Shown here: one piece after another, positions 25,621 to 37,763 of the stretch | How positions within the stretch are numbered: the first letter of the stretch is position 1 | Layout: each line of letters begins with the position of its first letter | NCBI RefSeq assembly: GCF_009834535.1 | Contig: NC_045696.1 | Location: forward strand, 80,788,001-80,852,000 | Direction of reading: 5' to 3' | Length of the DNA stretch: 64,000 nucleotides | Origin: Camelus ferus | Taxonomy: Eukaryota | Position numbers and translations under genes: made by a program | The notes under the pieces: generated by a model | What the model saw: the letters and a program-made list of their open reading frames with translations, nothing else | Databases searched by the model: none | Told to the model about the DNA's origin: nothing

Positions 25621-26661
25621 CTGTCTCACCAGAAAAATATAGCCCATGATTTCCCCCTCCTAACAAATGAACTTTTTTCATCTTGTTGTACTCCTAGCTT
25701 GTCTTCGTCCTCAGGGATAAATAATTTGACATAATTGTAATCAAAGCACAACTCAATTAGTTGAACTCTCTGATTTTTCAGTAGAGGAGATTAAAATGGA
25801 GTGTGGTTGTGTCCAGCTCGGAGAGTGCTGGGGCAGGGTCCTGGAGACCCTCTACTGGATCAAATCTTACCTCTTGATTGTGAGGTGGTTGGGACAGGGA
25901 TTCTGGGAGGGTCTGGGAAGGCCACGATGTGTATTGGTGGGTAATATTTGCCAATTGGGAAAGATACTTCAATATTTTAATAATCATTATAACCATCCCA
26001 GAGCTAATCTGCTAAATAAAGGCCTGGGTTATGTCGGGGCGGATGGAGCCGAAGCTTGTGACCCACTGTGGGCCCTGGAAAGTCTTGCTGCTTAGGATTC
26101 CAGAATCCCAGATTCCTTCCCCAGTTGCTGGTGATGCCTGTGACCTCAGGCTCCCCTCTGCGTAAAAGGAATATTTTATTCTGTATTCAATCTTTTTTTT
26201 TTTTTTGAGCTTTTTGGACCTAGAATTGGGAACCTTCTGAAAGCCTCTGACGCACAAAAGAAAATCAGCCAAAAGCAACATGGAAATAAAAATAATTTTG
26301 TTTGGTCAGTTCTTTTGTTGAGAGAGAGAGAGACTTCTAAGGTCATAAGCTGACAAACTTTATATTAAGATCAGGAAAATAAAAGTTTAGTATTCAACAG
26401 TGATCTTTTTCAAAGTAGGCTTTTACAGACAGTAAGTACATTTGGATGAAGGAGAATAAGGAATAAACATGGGGAAACGAAGGCAGTGGAAAGGGAGGGA
26501 GAAACCAGTGCAGAGAATGGAGCCAGCACAGAAGACAGGGTGCTGACACCGTTGTCAGTTCTTTACACAAGCCTGTGCTTCCGTGTGGTTCATCTTAATG
26601 ATGCCCTTTGAAATGTCAAATGTAGTGGAAAAATAGCTCTCCTTTGGTTTATCTTAGAGTG

Positions 26662-28020
26662 ATTATTTATTTATTATTATTTTATTGAGGTAACATTGGT
26701 TCATAACACTATGTAAGTTTTGTGTGTACAGCATAGTATTTCTACTTCTGTGTGCACGACAGCCGCCAAAATTTAGTTTCCATCTGTCACAGTACAGTTG
26801 ACTCCCTTTACCCATTTCACCCCCTCCGTTTACCCCCCCAACCTGGCCCTTCCCCTCTGCTAACCACTACATTGTTCTCTATCAGTGTGTTTGGTTTGGT
26901 TAGTTTGTTCTTTTGGGGGGGGGCTTTTTTTGTTTGTTTTTTCTATTCCACCTAAGAGTGAAATCATACAGTATTTGTTTCTCTCCATCTGACTTCTTTC
27001 ACTTAGCATAATATTATCAAGGTCATCAAGATATTAATCCTTTATCAAATATATGATTTGCAACTATCTTCTTCCATTTGGTAGGTAAGTTGTCTTTTCG
27101 ATTTGTTGATGTTTTCCTTTGCTGTGCAAAAGCTTTTTAGTATGATGTAGTCCCACTTGTTTATTTTTATTTGTTTTGTGCAAATGGAAAGATCTCATCT
27201 ACTTTATGGTTGAGTAATATTCCATTGTATATACCACATCTTCTTTACCCATTCATTTATTGATGGGCACTTCGGTTGTTTCCATATCTTGGCTATTATA
27301 AATAATGCTGCAATTAACATAGGGGTGCAGATATCTTTTTGAATTAGTATTTTTGTATTCTTTGGAGAAATAGTCAGAAATGGGATAGCTGGATCATATG
27401 GTAGTTCTATTCTTAATTTTTTGAGGAATCACCATACTGTTTTCCATAGTGGCTGCACCAGTTTATATTCCCATCAACAGTGCATGAGGCTTCCCTTTTT
27501 CTCCACATCCTTGCCAACGCTTGTTATTTCTTGCCTTTTTGATAAGAGCCATTCTAACAGGCATGAGGTGATAGCTCATTGTGGTTTTGATTTGAATTTC
27601 CCTAATAATTAGTGATATCAAACATCTTTTAATGTGCCTGTGGCCATCTGTATGTCTCCTTTGGGAAAATGTTTAATCATCTCCTCTGCACGTTTTTAGA
27701 TTGGGTTGTTTGTTTGTTTGTTTTTTGATGTTGAGTTGTATGCATTCTTTATATATTTTGGGTATTATCCCCTTACCAAATATATGATTTGCAAATATCT
27801 CTTCCCATTCAGTAGGTAGGTTGTGTTTTTGATTTGTTGATGGTTTTCTTTGCTGTGCAGAAGCTTTTTAGTTTAATATAGTCCCACTTGTTTATTTTTG
27901 CTTTTATTTCCTTTGCCTGAGGAGACATATCCAGAAAGACTTTGCTAAGACGGTTGTTAGAGAGCATTCTGCCAATGTTTTCTTCTAGGAGTTTCATGAT
28001 TTCAGGTCTCATTCAGGTCT
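26662..28020 (-). mobile_element. L1 (3' UTR plus ORF2 C-terminus) with an internal ectopic duplication
   Basis: ORF 27809-28012 'MKLLEENIGRML...KAKINKWDYIKLKSFCTAKKTINK' is L1 ORF2 C-terminal sequence. 3' UTR and T-rich tail lie at 26662-27030. Confidence 0.9.
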
Positions 28021-28858
28021 TTATCCTGAAGTGATCTTAATGTTGCTTAAAACCATTGCTAAGCAACAAAACGCGTGGACAAGAAGATACAAGGGAACTC
28101 TCAGTCCTTGCTAGGGATCTTCATACCAACCTAGTCTGTTTTTGTTGACACTACTTTTATATGAATGGATTTTGTGTATAGTATGATATTATAACACTGG
28201 GTTTGCAATTATTTTATCACCTGTCTTCCCCGTGAGAAGTCACAGATTGTGGTTTTGTCATTTTTGTGTCTCCACTGCCCAGTAGGTGTGAGCTGAATCA
28301 AAGGGTTCATTTAACAAATCAAGGAAGATAGTGTGATTCATTTCATTATGTAGGTATTTCCAGAATAGAAGGTTTTTATGGTTAATGTATTATTTATTAT
28401 GTATTCTGCTGTGCTGTTTAACTATTTTTACAAATAAATCTGTAGATGGGGAGTGGACGTTCTGTGGCATTTTGGACTGGCAGCTGTACTCATTTTACTG
28501 GCCTTTTTCTGCAGTATTCTCTACCCAAGTTCTGAGGAAGGAGTTGTTTGAAATAAGGAGATTAGGGAGATAGCAGTGGATTGAAATGGGGGTTCCATGG
28601 CTTGGAGCAGGAAAAGACTTCCAGATGTATGGGGGAGCAGTGGTATAAATGTGCAGAACCCAAAGTGGGAAATTTGATAAAAGGGGCTAAGAGTAGGAAA
28701 AAAATGAAGATGAGGTTTGATATTGTTTTTAAATCTCATCATTATCTCCACTTTGGAGTAAAAACATAAGCTCAAGTAAGGGTACAGGATTTGGAGATGA
28801 AGTATATTTTTGGTACTAACATGATTGTGATGCCAAAAAGATTTAAAAATTAAAAAGG

Positions 28859-29045
28859 CCCCGTGCTTATATAGTAGGTCCTTGTTGTTTATCTGTTTTA
28901 TATATAGTAGTGTGTATCTGTTCATCCCAAACTCCTACTTTATCCCTCCCTGTCTTCCCCTTTGGTAACTATGTTTATTTTCTATATCTGTGAGTCTATT
29001 TCTGTTTTGTAAATAAGTTTATTGGTATCTTTTTTTAGATTAACT
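28859..29045 (-). mobile_element. L1 3' UTR internal fragment without poly-A, flanked by a 13-bp direct repeat
   Basis: Homologous to the L1 3' ends at 11112 and 35965. Flanks are AAAATTAAAAAGG (28846-28858) and AAAACTAAAAAGG (29046-29058). Confidence 0.75.
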
Positions 29046-29329
29046 AAAACTAAAAAGGTGGGGGAATCTAGCCCAAGGAATCCTAAGGAAAAAAAGCACC
29101 TGGTAGGATATTGTAGATGGTAAATATTTCAGTGTTAGAAACATGGAGCAAAGATTTTTAACCCTAACCCTCACTTCCAGTCTGAACCCTAAGCTGCCAC
29201 TGACTTGGCTAGAAGCAGGGTGATGGGGCAGTGATGGAGTGAAGCAGGTGTTTGGCAGGCAAGTAAGGTAAATAGCAGTAAGGCACAGGTGAGCCCCATA
29301 AGTTCCTCACTGGGAGGAATAGTGGCTGC

Positions 29330-29540
29330 AAGCCTTGGCCGAGGAGCCTGAGAGCTTGGATTCAGGTCCTGAGCACTTTAGCACCATGTGGCCTGAGATG
29401 AGTAACTTAAAAAATCCTCTCTGCCCTTGTTTTCCCTATCTGTAAAATGGGGGTAAAAACAGTACCTATCTCATAGGATTCTTGTGAGGACTACAGGAAA
29501 CAATGCCTGTAAAGTGTTTAGCATAGAGCCTGGAACACAG
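29330..29540 (+). mobile_element. MIR SINE
   Basis: 'ttttccctatctgtaaaatgggggtaaaaacagtacctatctcataggattcttgtgagga...gtaaagtgtttagcatagagcctggaacacag'. Confidence 0.8.
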
Positions 29541-29964
29541 AAATGACACATAAATGTTAGATTCCCCTCTTTCACACATCGCCCTCCCTGCTGCACCCCA
29601 AACCCAGCAAGTGTGATATCCATAAATAGCCAAGCAAACTGGGATTGCTGCTAGAGGAGATATGGGCATGGGGACGTGGGGGGATTTGGACCAGGGAAAA
29701 ATGAATCTTGCCCGGGAGGAATTCTGGAGTGAGAATGGCATTCCATGAGACCCCAGCGATGAGAAGCAGTAGGAAGACTTCTGGCAACAGAGCTGGTTAC
29801 AACTGGAGGGTGTGGACTGTATGCCTTTGAAAATCATACCTTTAGGGCATATGTTTTGACATGAGCTGGAAAATTTGATTTTTCTTAATTTATAAGCACA
29901 GCTTGGCATTTAGTAGGAGAGATATGATTCATTGCTCTTTACCAATGTGTGTATGTACAGAGGT

Positions 29965-30252
29965 ATTTTTTTTATTCTTATTTTTTATTGAAGTGTTGTC
30001 TGTTTACAATGCTAGTTTCCGGTGTACAACAAGCGATTCAGTTATACATATACATACATACATATGTATTTTTTCAATTTCTTTTCCATTATGGCTCGTT
30101 ACAAGAAATTGAATATAGTCCCTGTGCTATACGGTAGGTCCATGTTGTTTACCTATTTGATATATAATAATGTGTGTCTGTCAATCCCAAATGCCTAATC
30201 TATCCCCCTCTTCTCCCCTGGTAACCATAGTTTGTTTTCTATGTTCGTGAGT
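29965..30252 (-). mobile_element. 5'-truncated L1 3' end
   Basis: 'tttttattgaagtgttgtctgtttacaatgctagtttccggtgtacaacaagcgattcagttatac...ggtaaccatagtttgttttctatgttcgtgagt'. Confidence 0.85.
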
Positions 30253-30613
30253 TAGAGGTGTATTTTTAAAATGTATTTAGAATTAAGAATAGAGTGCACT
30301 CTCAAGGTAAAAGTGGGCTCTCTCGTGCTGTGATGGAAAAACACCCCTCCTGTCCTGTTCTTCAGGGTCACACTAAATGGGAGGAGGGCATCGCTGGCAC
30401 CACCAGCTTTATAGGGGTGTGGGTGAGATATGTCCGCATAAATCATGCATGGACGTGTCGATGCTGTGTCAGTAACCTCGGCCAGCAGTGCTGACACTTT
30501 ACGAAAAAAATTGTAGTTACTTTTCCCGACCCCTGTCCCCAAGAACTGCTTTTCTGATTGAGTTCTTCTGTGAAACCCCAGGATGTAAAACACCCCAAAG
30601 CAGAGCTATTCTT

Positions 30614-30756
30614 TTTAATTTACTTATTTTGTTTTATTTTGGGGGAGAGGTAATTAGGTTTTTATTTATTTATCTTTAATGGAGGTACTGGGGATTGAAC
30701 CCAGGACCCCGTGCATGCTAGGCACACACTCTACCACTGAGCTATACCCTCCCCCA
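30614..30756 (-). mobile_element. Camelid tRNA-derived SINE (vic-1-like), full length
   Basis: Reverse complement reads GGGGGAGGGTATAGCTCAGTGGTAGAG...GGGTTCAATCCCCAGTACCTCC (Pol III A and B boxes) with an A-rich tail. TSD CAGAGCT(A/G)TTCTT at 30601-30613 and 30757-30769. Confidence 0.9.
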
Positions 30757-30989
30757 CAGAGCTGTTCTTCTTGCCGATTCCTAGATGGGGCCAGTAGCCA
30801 GCTGCTCCCTCCCGTCTCCTCTCCCTGCCTGCCTCCTGGCACCGGCTGCCCCTCAGCTGCTGGCACCATGGGGCTCCCGGGAACAGATATGAAGACACTA
30901 CTGTAGCCTCATTGCAGGGAAGAAAAGACTAAGACCCGAAGAGAAAAAGGGAAGGAAATGGCGTGGACTGTTTTTTTAAAGCTTTTGGC

Positions 30990-31146
30990 CAGTGGTGTGC
31001 TGGGACTGGCTCATACTGAGAGCAGATTTTTAAACTTTTGGGAATTTCATGAGCCAATCATTAAACATGCCATTATGAAAAGTCAGATTGCTTCAGTTTA
31101 GATTTTAAACTTACATTAAATATATCAGATTGCAAACAAAGGTAAT
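30990..31146 (+). mobile_element. MER63-like hAT (Blackjack) fragment
   Basis: Starts 'cagtggtgtgctgggactggctcatac...tttttaaacttttgggaatttcatgagcc', matching the recalled MER63 terminus. Confidence 0.7.
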
Positions 31147-31384
31147 CTCTCCTGAACTTGGAGATGTGGTTGAAGGGAAGGGAATACACCTAGTTATGCC
31201 ATGTTCTTAACTGTCTTTCCTGTTACTTGGTACAGCATTGTTTGGTTTCATACATTTTTAAGAAAATCTCAACTGCATTCACTTTAATCCTTGATGCTGT
31301 TTGTTTGTAGAGAAAAGATTCTTCAGACTCAGCTCCCCCTCCAGGAAGAGCTCGCCTCCTCCTCACTCCCGACGATGGCGATTC

Positions 31385-31520
31385 TAAGGTCTGCCTGAAC
31401 TGAATCGCCGGGGAATCACTTACATTTAGATTCCCAGGTTCTGCCGCAGACCTACTCAGTTGGGATCCTTGGGGTGGGGAGACTCAGTGCAGCAGCCTGT
31501 TAAGTTCCCTTGGGACTTTG
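31385..31520. mobile_element. Degenerate MER5-like hAT-Charlie fragment
   Basis: 'agattcccaggttctgccgcagacctactcag...ggggtggga...aagttccct'. Confidence 0.45.
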
Positions 31521-33244
31521 ACGGTCGCCCAGTGCCTCCTCCTCGGGGTCCTTGCTGCCCAGCCCTGGGCCTCATGTGCCCTGGATGGTGTCAAGTCACT
31601 GGGGCTACTAGGCCCTGGCCACATTGCATAGGAGCCTGGATTTTTATGTTTGGCCTCAAATTCTCTTCTTGTGAAACAGCTTTCAGAGGCTGACTCTGCC
31701 CCATGAACCTGTTCCTCATGTGAGGGCCTGATTCCCCATGTTCAGTTCTGTTGGGCCTAGATCCCCACGTAAGGAGACAGCTGTGTGTGGTGCCTGCACC
31801 CTAGTGGGGGAGTCGGCTGTGCTGGGTTTATTCCCACGTCAGCCTCAGTTTTCTCCTTTCTGAGCTGTGGTGGCCTGTGTCTGGGGATTGTCAGGAGGAT
31901 TCTGTTTCTGGAGCACACTAACTTGTTCCCATTTTGGGGCCTTTGCATTGTGTCCTTCCCTCTCCTGGAACACCCTTCTCCTGAGTTTTTGCATGAATTG
32001 CCTCCTTTTGACATTTGAAACAGTGATAAAAAGTTCAAAAGTCACCTCTCTAGAAAGTCTTTCCTCGACTATCAAATCTGCCTCCCCTACAGTCCACCTT
32101 GCTTTGCCCACAGCCTCATCGTCCTAGCCTTTTACTGTGGGTGATGTTCACTTATCACCTATTACTATCTGAATTCTTTGTGTCTTCTTTTCTTGAATAT
32201 TGAGTTTTCTTGATGAGAACTTGAGCTCCATGAGAGCTGGGGCTTTCCTGGCACACAGTAGGTGCTCACTAATGACTTGTTAAATGAAGGCCTCTCCAAC
32301 CTCTAAGTAAGTAGATGATGTTAGTGTGAACCTTGGGTTCCCAAGTGAGTCATCTGTTTTCCTAATCGTTCTTTCCTGACCCCGCGGATGTTACCTTCAT
32401 GACGGTGACTCATTGCTGAGATATCGCTTGCCATTTGGAACAGGGGCCACTCTCAACTGATGGGAAGCAAAATCTGTAGCTGTTTATGTGAATGTTACCT
32501 TCAACTTCAGAGAGCGTCCAAGGACTTGATTTAGTCGTACCCATTTGTTCTGTGGGTGGTTGATCTGTGATAAAGTAGATCAATTAAACATGAAGGTGAT
32601 ATAAAATAAACCTGACCGATTTGGGGAAACTCCTTTGTCTCCCCTTTCCTGAGTTCTACCAGGGGCGATTTCGGGGGGAGTGATGGGGGTGAGAGGGTGT
32701 GCATCACTCACCTCAAGACACCAGGAGGCCAGAAAGGCACGCTGGAAATGCTAGCCCGGTCTGATCTCGCAGGCAACAGACTTGAGTAATGGGGGAGTAA
32801 TTTTTGCAGATCTACTGCCAAGGAAGGCCAGTAGGACCGGCAGTGGAAGCCCTCATCCTGTGTTTGCAACAGTGCTGCCCATGCTGGTATTGGAGAGTTT
32901 ATCAGGCAGTCTTTGATGCCAAGGGAGTGCTCACATGGGCTTGTGCGTCTAACATGTGGTTCTGCCCGCATAGAGCTTGAGGTCTAACGCAGTCAGCTGA
33001 AGGCCAGGCTACGTGGTGCAGTCCAGTCCTGCCAGGCTGCCTGAAATGGGCTGGTGTTTTGTTATGACAGCATGTCCCAGTTTTTCATGATAGTGATTTT
33101 CAAATTGCTCTGGGTTTCAGGGGCAAGCTAGGATCGGAGCAGAAGCTGGAGTCAGAGACGTAGAGAGCAGAGCTCTGGTACTTCTCTAAACCCCTTTGAA
33201 CAAAAGCATCTCATTAAAAAACATGGTTTTGTGTAGTTACCTTT

Positions 33245-34030
33245 TTAAAAATAAACTTTTTGTTTCAGATTTGTAGAGAAGTTGCAAAGATAGTATATAT
33301 GTGGGAAAACTGTGGTTTCCTCCCTTATTAATATCTTACACTAGGATGGAACATTTGCTGTAATTAATGAACCAATCTTGACGCATTGTTACTGACTAAA
33401 GTCCATACTTTATTGCTTGGTTTTTCCCTAATGTCTTTTTCTAGTCCAAGATCCCATCCAGGATCCCATGTTGTCGTGTCTCCTTGGGCTCCTCTTAGCC
33501 TATGCTAGTTTCTCAGATTTTCCATATTTTTGATGACCTTCACTGTTTGAAGGGGTACTGGTTAGGTACCCCCATAGGTATTTTGTAGAATGTCCCTCAG
33601 TTAGAATTTTTATGATGTTTTCCTCATGAGTTGACTGGGGTCATGGGCTTTGAGAGGAAGACCACAGTGGTGGTCTCATCACATCATATGGAGGCACACA
33701 CTAGCAACGTGACTTCCTCCTGCGGTTGACTTTGGTCACTTGGCTGAGGGAGTGTCTGGAGGGTTGCACCATTGTGAAGTTCCTCTTTCTCCCCTTCTCA
33801 CAGTGTCCTCTTTGGAAGGAGCTCACTGCACAGCCCATACTGTTGAGATGGGGAGTTATGACCCACCTCCTAGAGGGGGACAAGTAGCTACATAAATGAT
33901 TTAGAACTCTTCTTCGTGGCAGGTTTGTCTTTTCATCCCCACTTATTTATTTATTCAATTATTTATTCACATCAGTATGGATCCATGGATATTCATCTTA
34001 AACTTTGGGTTATAATCCAGTGTCATTATT
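33245..34030 (-). mobile_element. Old L1 3' end (L1MC-like)
   Basis: 'agatttgtagagaagttgcaaagatagta...aatgaaccaatcttgacgcattgttactgactaaagtccatac...ccaggatccc...ggtattttgtagaatgtccctc'. Confidence 0.75.
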
Positions 34031-35959
34031 ATTATATCATATATTTATTATTATTATATCATTAATATATAATATTATTTACTTATATTTGGCTTTTTAA
34101 AGATTTTATTCAAATCAAAATGTTCTGATGTTTTAAAATGTTAGATAACTATTGTTTATGTATATATTTTATTTTTCCCTCTATTTGTTCTTTTAAATAT
34201 CCTATTTATGCATTTATTCATTGGGGAGAATAAAAATCAAATTGCCACTCATGATTTTATCATGTTTTAAAAAATTTTTTGCAGGAGTAAAGTTAAGACA
34301 TAAATATTTAAGTTTTGGGGGTGTTAACGGTCTGTTTACTGAGGTTGCACTCAGTACTTTCAATTATTGCTGAGATCACCTGTACAGAGATTTATAGTCA
34401 TCTGTCTTACTGAAACAACCTAGAAAGTGTAATAATACATGGGGTTTAGGAATAATTTTTATCCTTTTCTTTTTTTTTTTTTTTTCAGATTTTTCTTAAA
34501 CAGAAACATTGAAAATCCCGCTCAATGTACTGCTCTTGTTATTCTGGAAGAATGGTAGACTTGTTGTAGGAATCCCCACATCAGCTTCCATGCTTTCTGT
34601 CTTCTATACCGAATCTTCCGGCGTGCAGTTTTTTCCTTTACTACAGCATATAATTAAATAAACTGTATGTAAACATATATTTCACCTCTTTTTAATGCAT
34701 CTAAAAATCTAACCTATAGCAGATCCCAATCTGCTTATTGAACTGGCTTAAAATAGAGGAAAAAAATCCTGAAAAGATTTCATTCCCTTTACTTCTCTTC
34801 ATGTTTTAGATTTTCTCTTGTATTTCACTAGATAATTTTGTTTTAAAATCCAGTGCTTTTCCGTGTTCTTGTTTCTTTGCCAGTTCACACACACAGAAAT
34901 ACTATAGGGAGTGGTTTTAGTCACAAGCAATTTCCTTTTTTTTTTTTAAATCAAAGTTGTGGGTAGACAATTATACTTGGAGACCAGATAACCTAGCCAT
35001 TTGGCCCACTAGAGTGCTTCTGAATCAGGCGTGGGTTAGTGGCTTAGTGTGCGGTGGGTCCCCATGCAGCCCTAATGCTAGAACTCAGTCCTCCTGTAAG
35101 GAGTATGAGACCCATCCCTACATGACTGACTCCGTAAATGGCAAAGTAAATTCAGGCCTATGGGTCAGTTCCCAAGAAGATCAGGTAATGTGCTTAGAGC
35201 TGGACCTTGAGCTCTGGCTAGGTAAGTATGAAGAATTTACTATTGCATTCAAATAAATGATAGCAATATTCATTTCGAGCATGTTAAGAAGTCATTGTAT
35301 TGCACGGTAATAAAGCACAAGTTAAGCGTGAAGGATAAGCACCTCACTTAATTGACTGTAATGAGGATTATTTTAACACTACCAGAGCAAGCATTCCATT
35401 TTCCTTCTCTCTTATCAAACCAGTACCTATATCGACACCACCTCCTGATTCCATCCAGGATTTTTTTTTCTCAATTTATGTGTTTATTCACTAAGTCATA
35501 GATCCTTAATCTGATGACTTCTGTACAGAAAAAGTTTCCTTACACCTTGATTGCCTAGGGCCAAAGACTCAGGAGGGCTGTGAGCTTTGTCCATTACTTA
35601 AAACCATATGTTCATTGAGCAAGAATGACTGGAAATGATGAATTTCTCTTTGTTGTCATGGCTCACAAACCAAGCTGGGTCTGGGGGAGGGAGGGAGAGA
35701 CAGTTTCAGATAAGACCTTGGCTTCTTTGGCCTTGGGATCCTCTTCACCACAACCCCCAGAGCTGACGTGGGACAAGAGAAGTGGCGTCGCCCTGAGGGA
35801 GAGAGGATGGTGACACCCCTCCAGCTGGGGGGAGGCCCCGAATTGGCCTCTGGGCTCACCAGCCACCCTGGAGTTAGCCCTGGGCCATGTTGTTCCCCCA
35901 AACAAAGCCTTGGTTTCTTTCAAAGTGAGACCCATTGCTTAATGCTGCAAAAATTGGGG

Positions 35960-36388
35960 TTTTACTTATTTATTTATTTTAATTTTTTATTGAAGTGTAG
36001 TTGATTAACAATGCTAGTTTCAGGTGCACAGCAAAGTGATTCAGTTATACATATACATACATGTATTTTTTTTCTTTTCAGATTCTTTTCCATTACATGT
36101 TATTACAAGAAATTGAATATAGTTCCCTGTGCTATACAGTAGGTCCTTGTTTATCTATCCTATATATATAGTAACGTGTGTCTGTTAATCCCCAGTCCCT
36201 AATTTATCCCTCTTCACTGTTTCCCCTTTGGTAACCATAGTTTGTTTTCCATGTCCGTGAGTCTGTTTTTAGTTTGTAAATAGAATTTGTATCTTTTCTT
36301 CTTTGTTAGATTCCACATATGAGTGATATCATATGGTGTTTTTCTTTCTCTTTCTGGCTTTCTTCACTTAGAATGACAATCTCCAGCT
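35960..36388 (-). mobile_element. 5'-truncated L1 3' end (artiodactyl type)
   Basis: 'tttttattgaagtgtagttgattaacaatgctagtttcaggtgcacagcaaagtgattcag...ttagattccacatatgagtgatatcatatgg'. Confidence 0.88.
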
Positions 36389-37577
36389 ATAATACAGAGT
36401 TATATTAGTAAAGGATATTTAAGTGACCGTAATTCACTGGAAACACCCTCGTCATGTAGTTCTGCATTGCACCCTTCAGCATTTTAATCAGTCCTCTTTG
36501 ATCTCACCCAACCCACCCCCCTACCATTGCTGACACTACAGCAGTAGGACAGTCATACACAAGGGTAAGGTGATACCTGGACTCAGTGGCCTGACTGCTT
36601 TTTCCTCCCCTTTAAAGTTTCTTTAGGTTTCCCATTTTAAGGGTCAGTGATACTTATGTTTATGTATTATTTATCTATCTTTTTCCAAATAAGTCATGAA
36701 AAAGTGGAAAATGGATTTTACTGTTCTCACGTGAAAGCCATCACGAAACTTATTAGGGAAGGATAGCACTTAAGGATTAATAAGCCTCTAAAAATTCTTA
36801 AGATTGAGAGAAAAGGAATGAACTTTCAAAAAATTTAGCCAGCTTTGGTCAACTTTGTATTGGAGGTTGCAAGTAAATGAGAAATTTAAAACTAATTCAC
36901 ATCAGTACATGCCAGTTTTTTTCATATTATTAGGATATTTGCATATGTTTTGGTCAAAAGCTGTTTACTTAAAAAAATGCATTCAAAAGAAATATCCACA
37001 ATATATATAATATGTTTTTAAAAGGACACCCTTCCGAGTTTGCTCCTAAAATCCATTCTGTGAGCAGAATGTACTTGTTGATAGTGAGTCCTGTGAGAAG
37101 TTTGAAGAACACAAATTCAGTGACTTACTCAAATTCAGGGACTCATCCTGTAGGATCTTAATCCTGTAGGATTTCTCCTTTCATGCAAACAGGGCCTCTC
37201 TAAGTAAACCTTCTCGGCCAGCTCAACTAATTCATCATTTTTACGTGACAGGTTGCAAATGGCCTGATTTATTAATTGTACAGTCTGTCATTATTGGGCA
37301 ATTTAATTCATTTTCTACTCTTTGTAGCTTTTTATGCATGGATTTAAATGGCCTGAATTTACTGTTGGAAACTGTGAACATTGTGCAAAGAACTCTGGTC
37401 TGATATTCGGGATAACCTGAGTTCTGATTTTGTGTCTGCTGCTAACTTAGTGTGACCCTGGGCAATTTATTTCCGGAAATTCCACTGATACTCTGTCTGT
37501 TTCAGGCCATGCCTCTGGAGCTGAGATGAATTAATCTTAGTCCTTGTCACTGCCCTCAGGGGATTTACGGTCTGGTG

Positions 37578-37763
37578 CAGTGGTTCTCACACTCCACTGT
37601 GCATCAGAATCCCCTGGAGGGCTCATCAGAACACAGAGTGCTGGGCTTCACCCTAGAGTTTCTGATTCAGTAGGTCTGGGCTGGGCGGAGAATTTGCATT
37701 TCTAACAAGTTCCCAGATGCTGCTGATGCTGCTGGTTTGGGGACCACGATCTGAGAACCACTG
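37578..37763. mobile_element. MER5A (hAT-Charlie MITE), essentially full length
   Basis: Perfect 12-bp TIRs CAGTGGTTCTCA / TGAGAACCACTG, with internal 'ctgattcagtaggtctggg...gaatttgcatttctaacaagttccca'. Confidence 0.9.

Noticed and set aside
30676..30756. tRNA-like sequence with A and B boxes
   Set aside because: It is the head of a tRNA-derived SINE with an A-rich tail and TSD, not a tRNA gene.
34460..34560. Strong polypyrimidine tract plus CAG acceptor at 34488, a possible cryptic 5' UTR exon
   Set aside because: Only a weak donor (ATG|GTAGAC) follows and poly-T tracts are common. Unsupported without RNA data.
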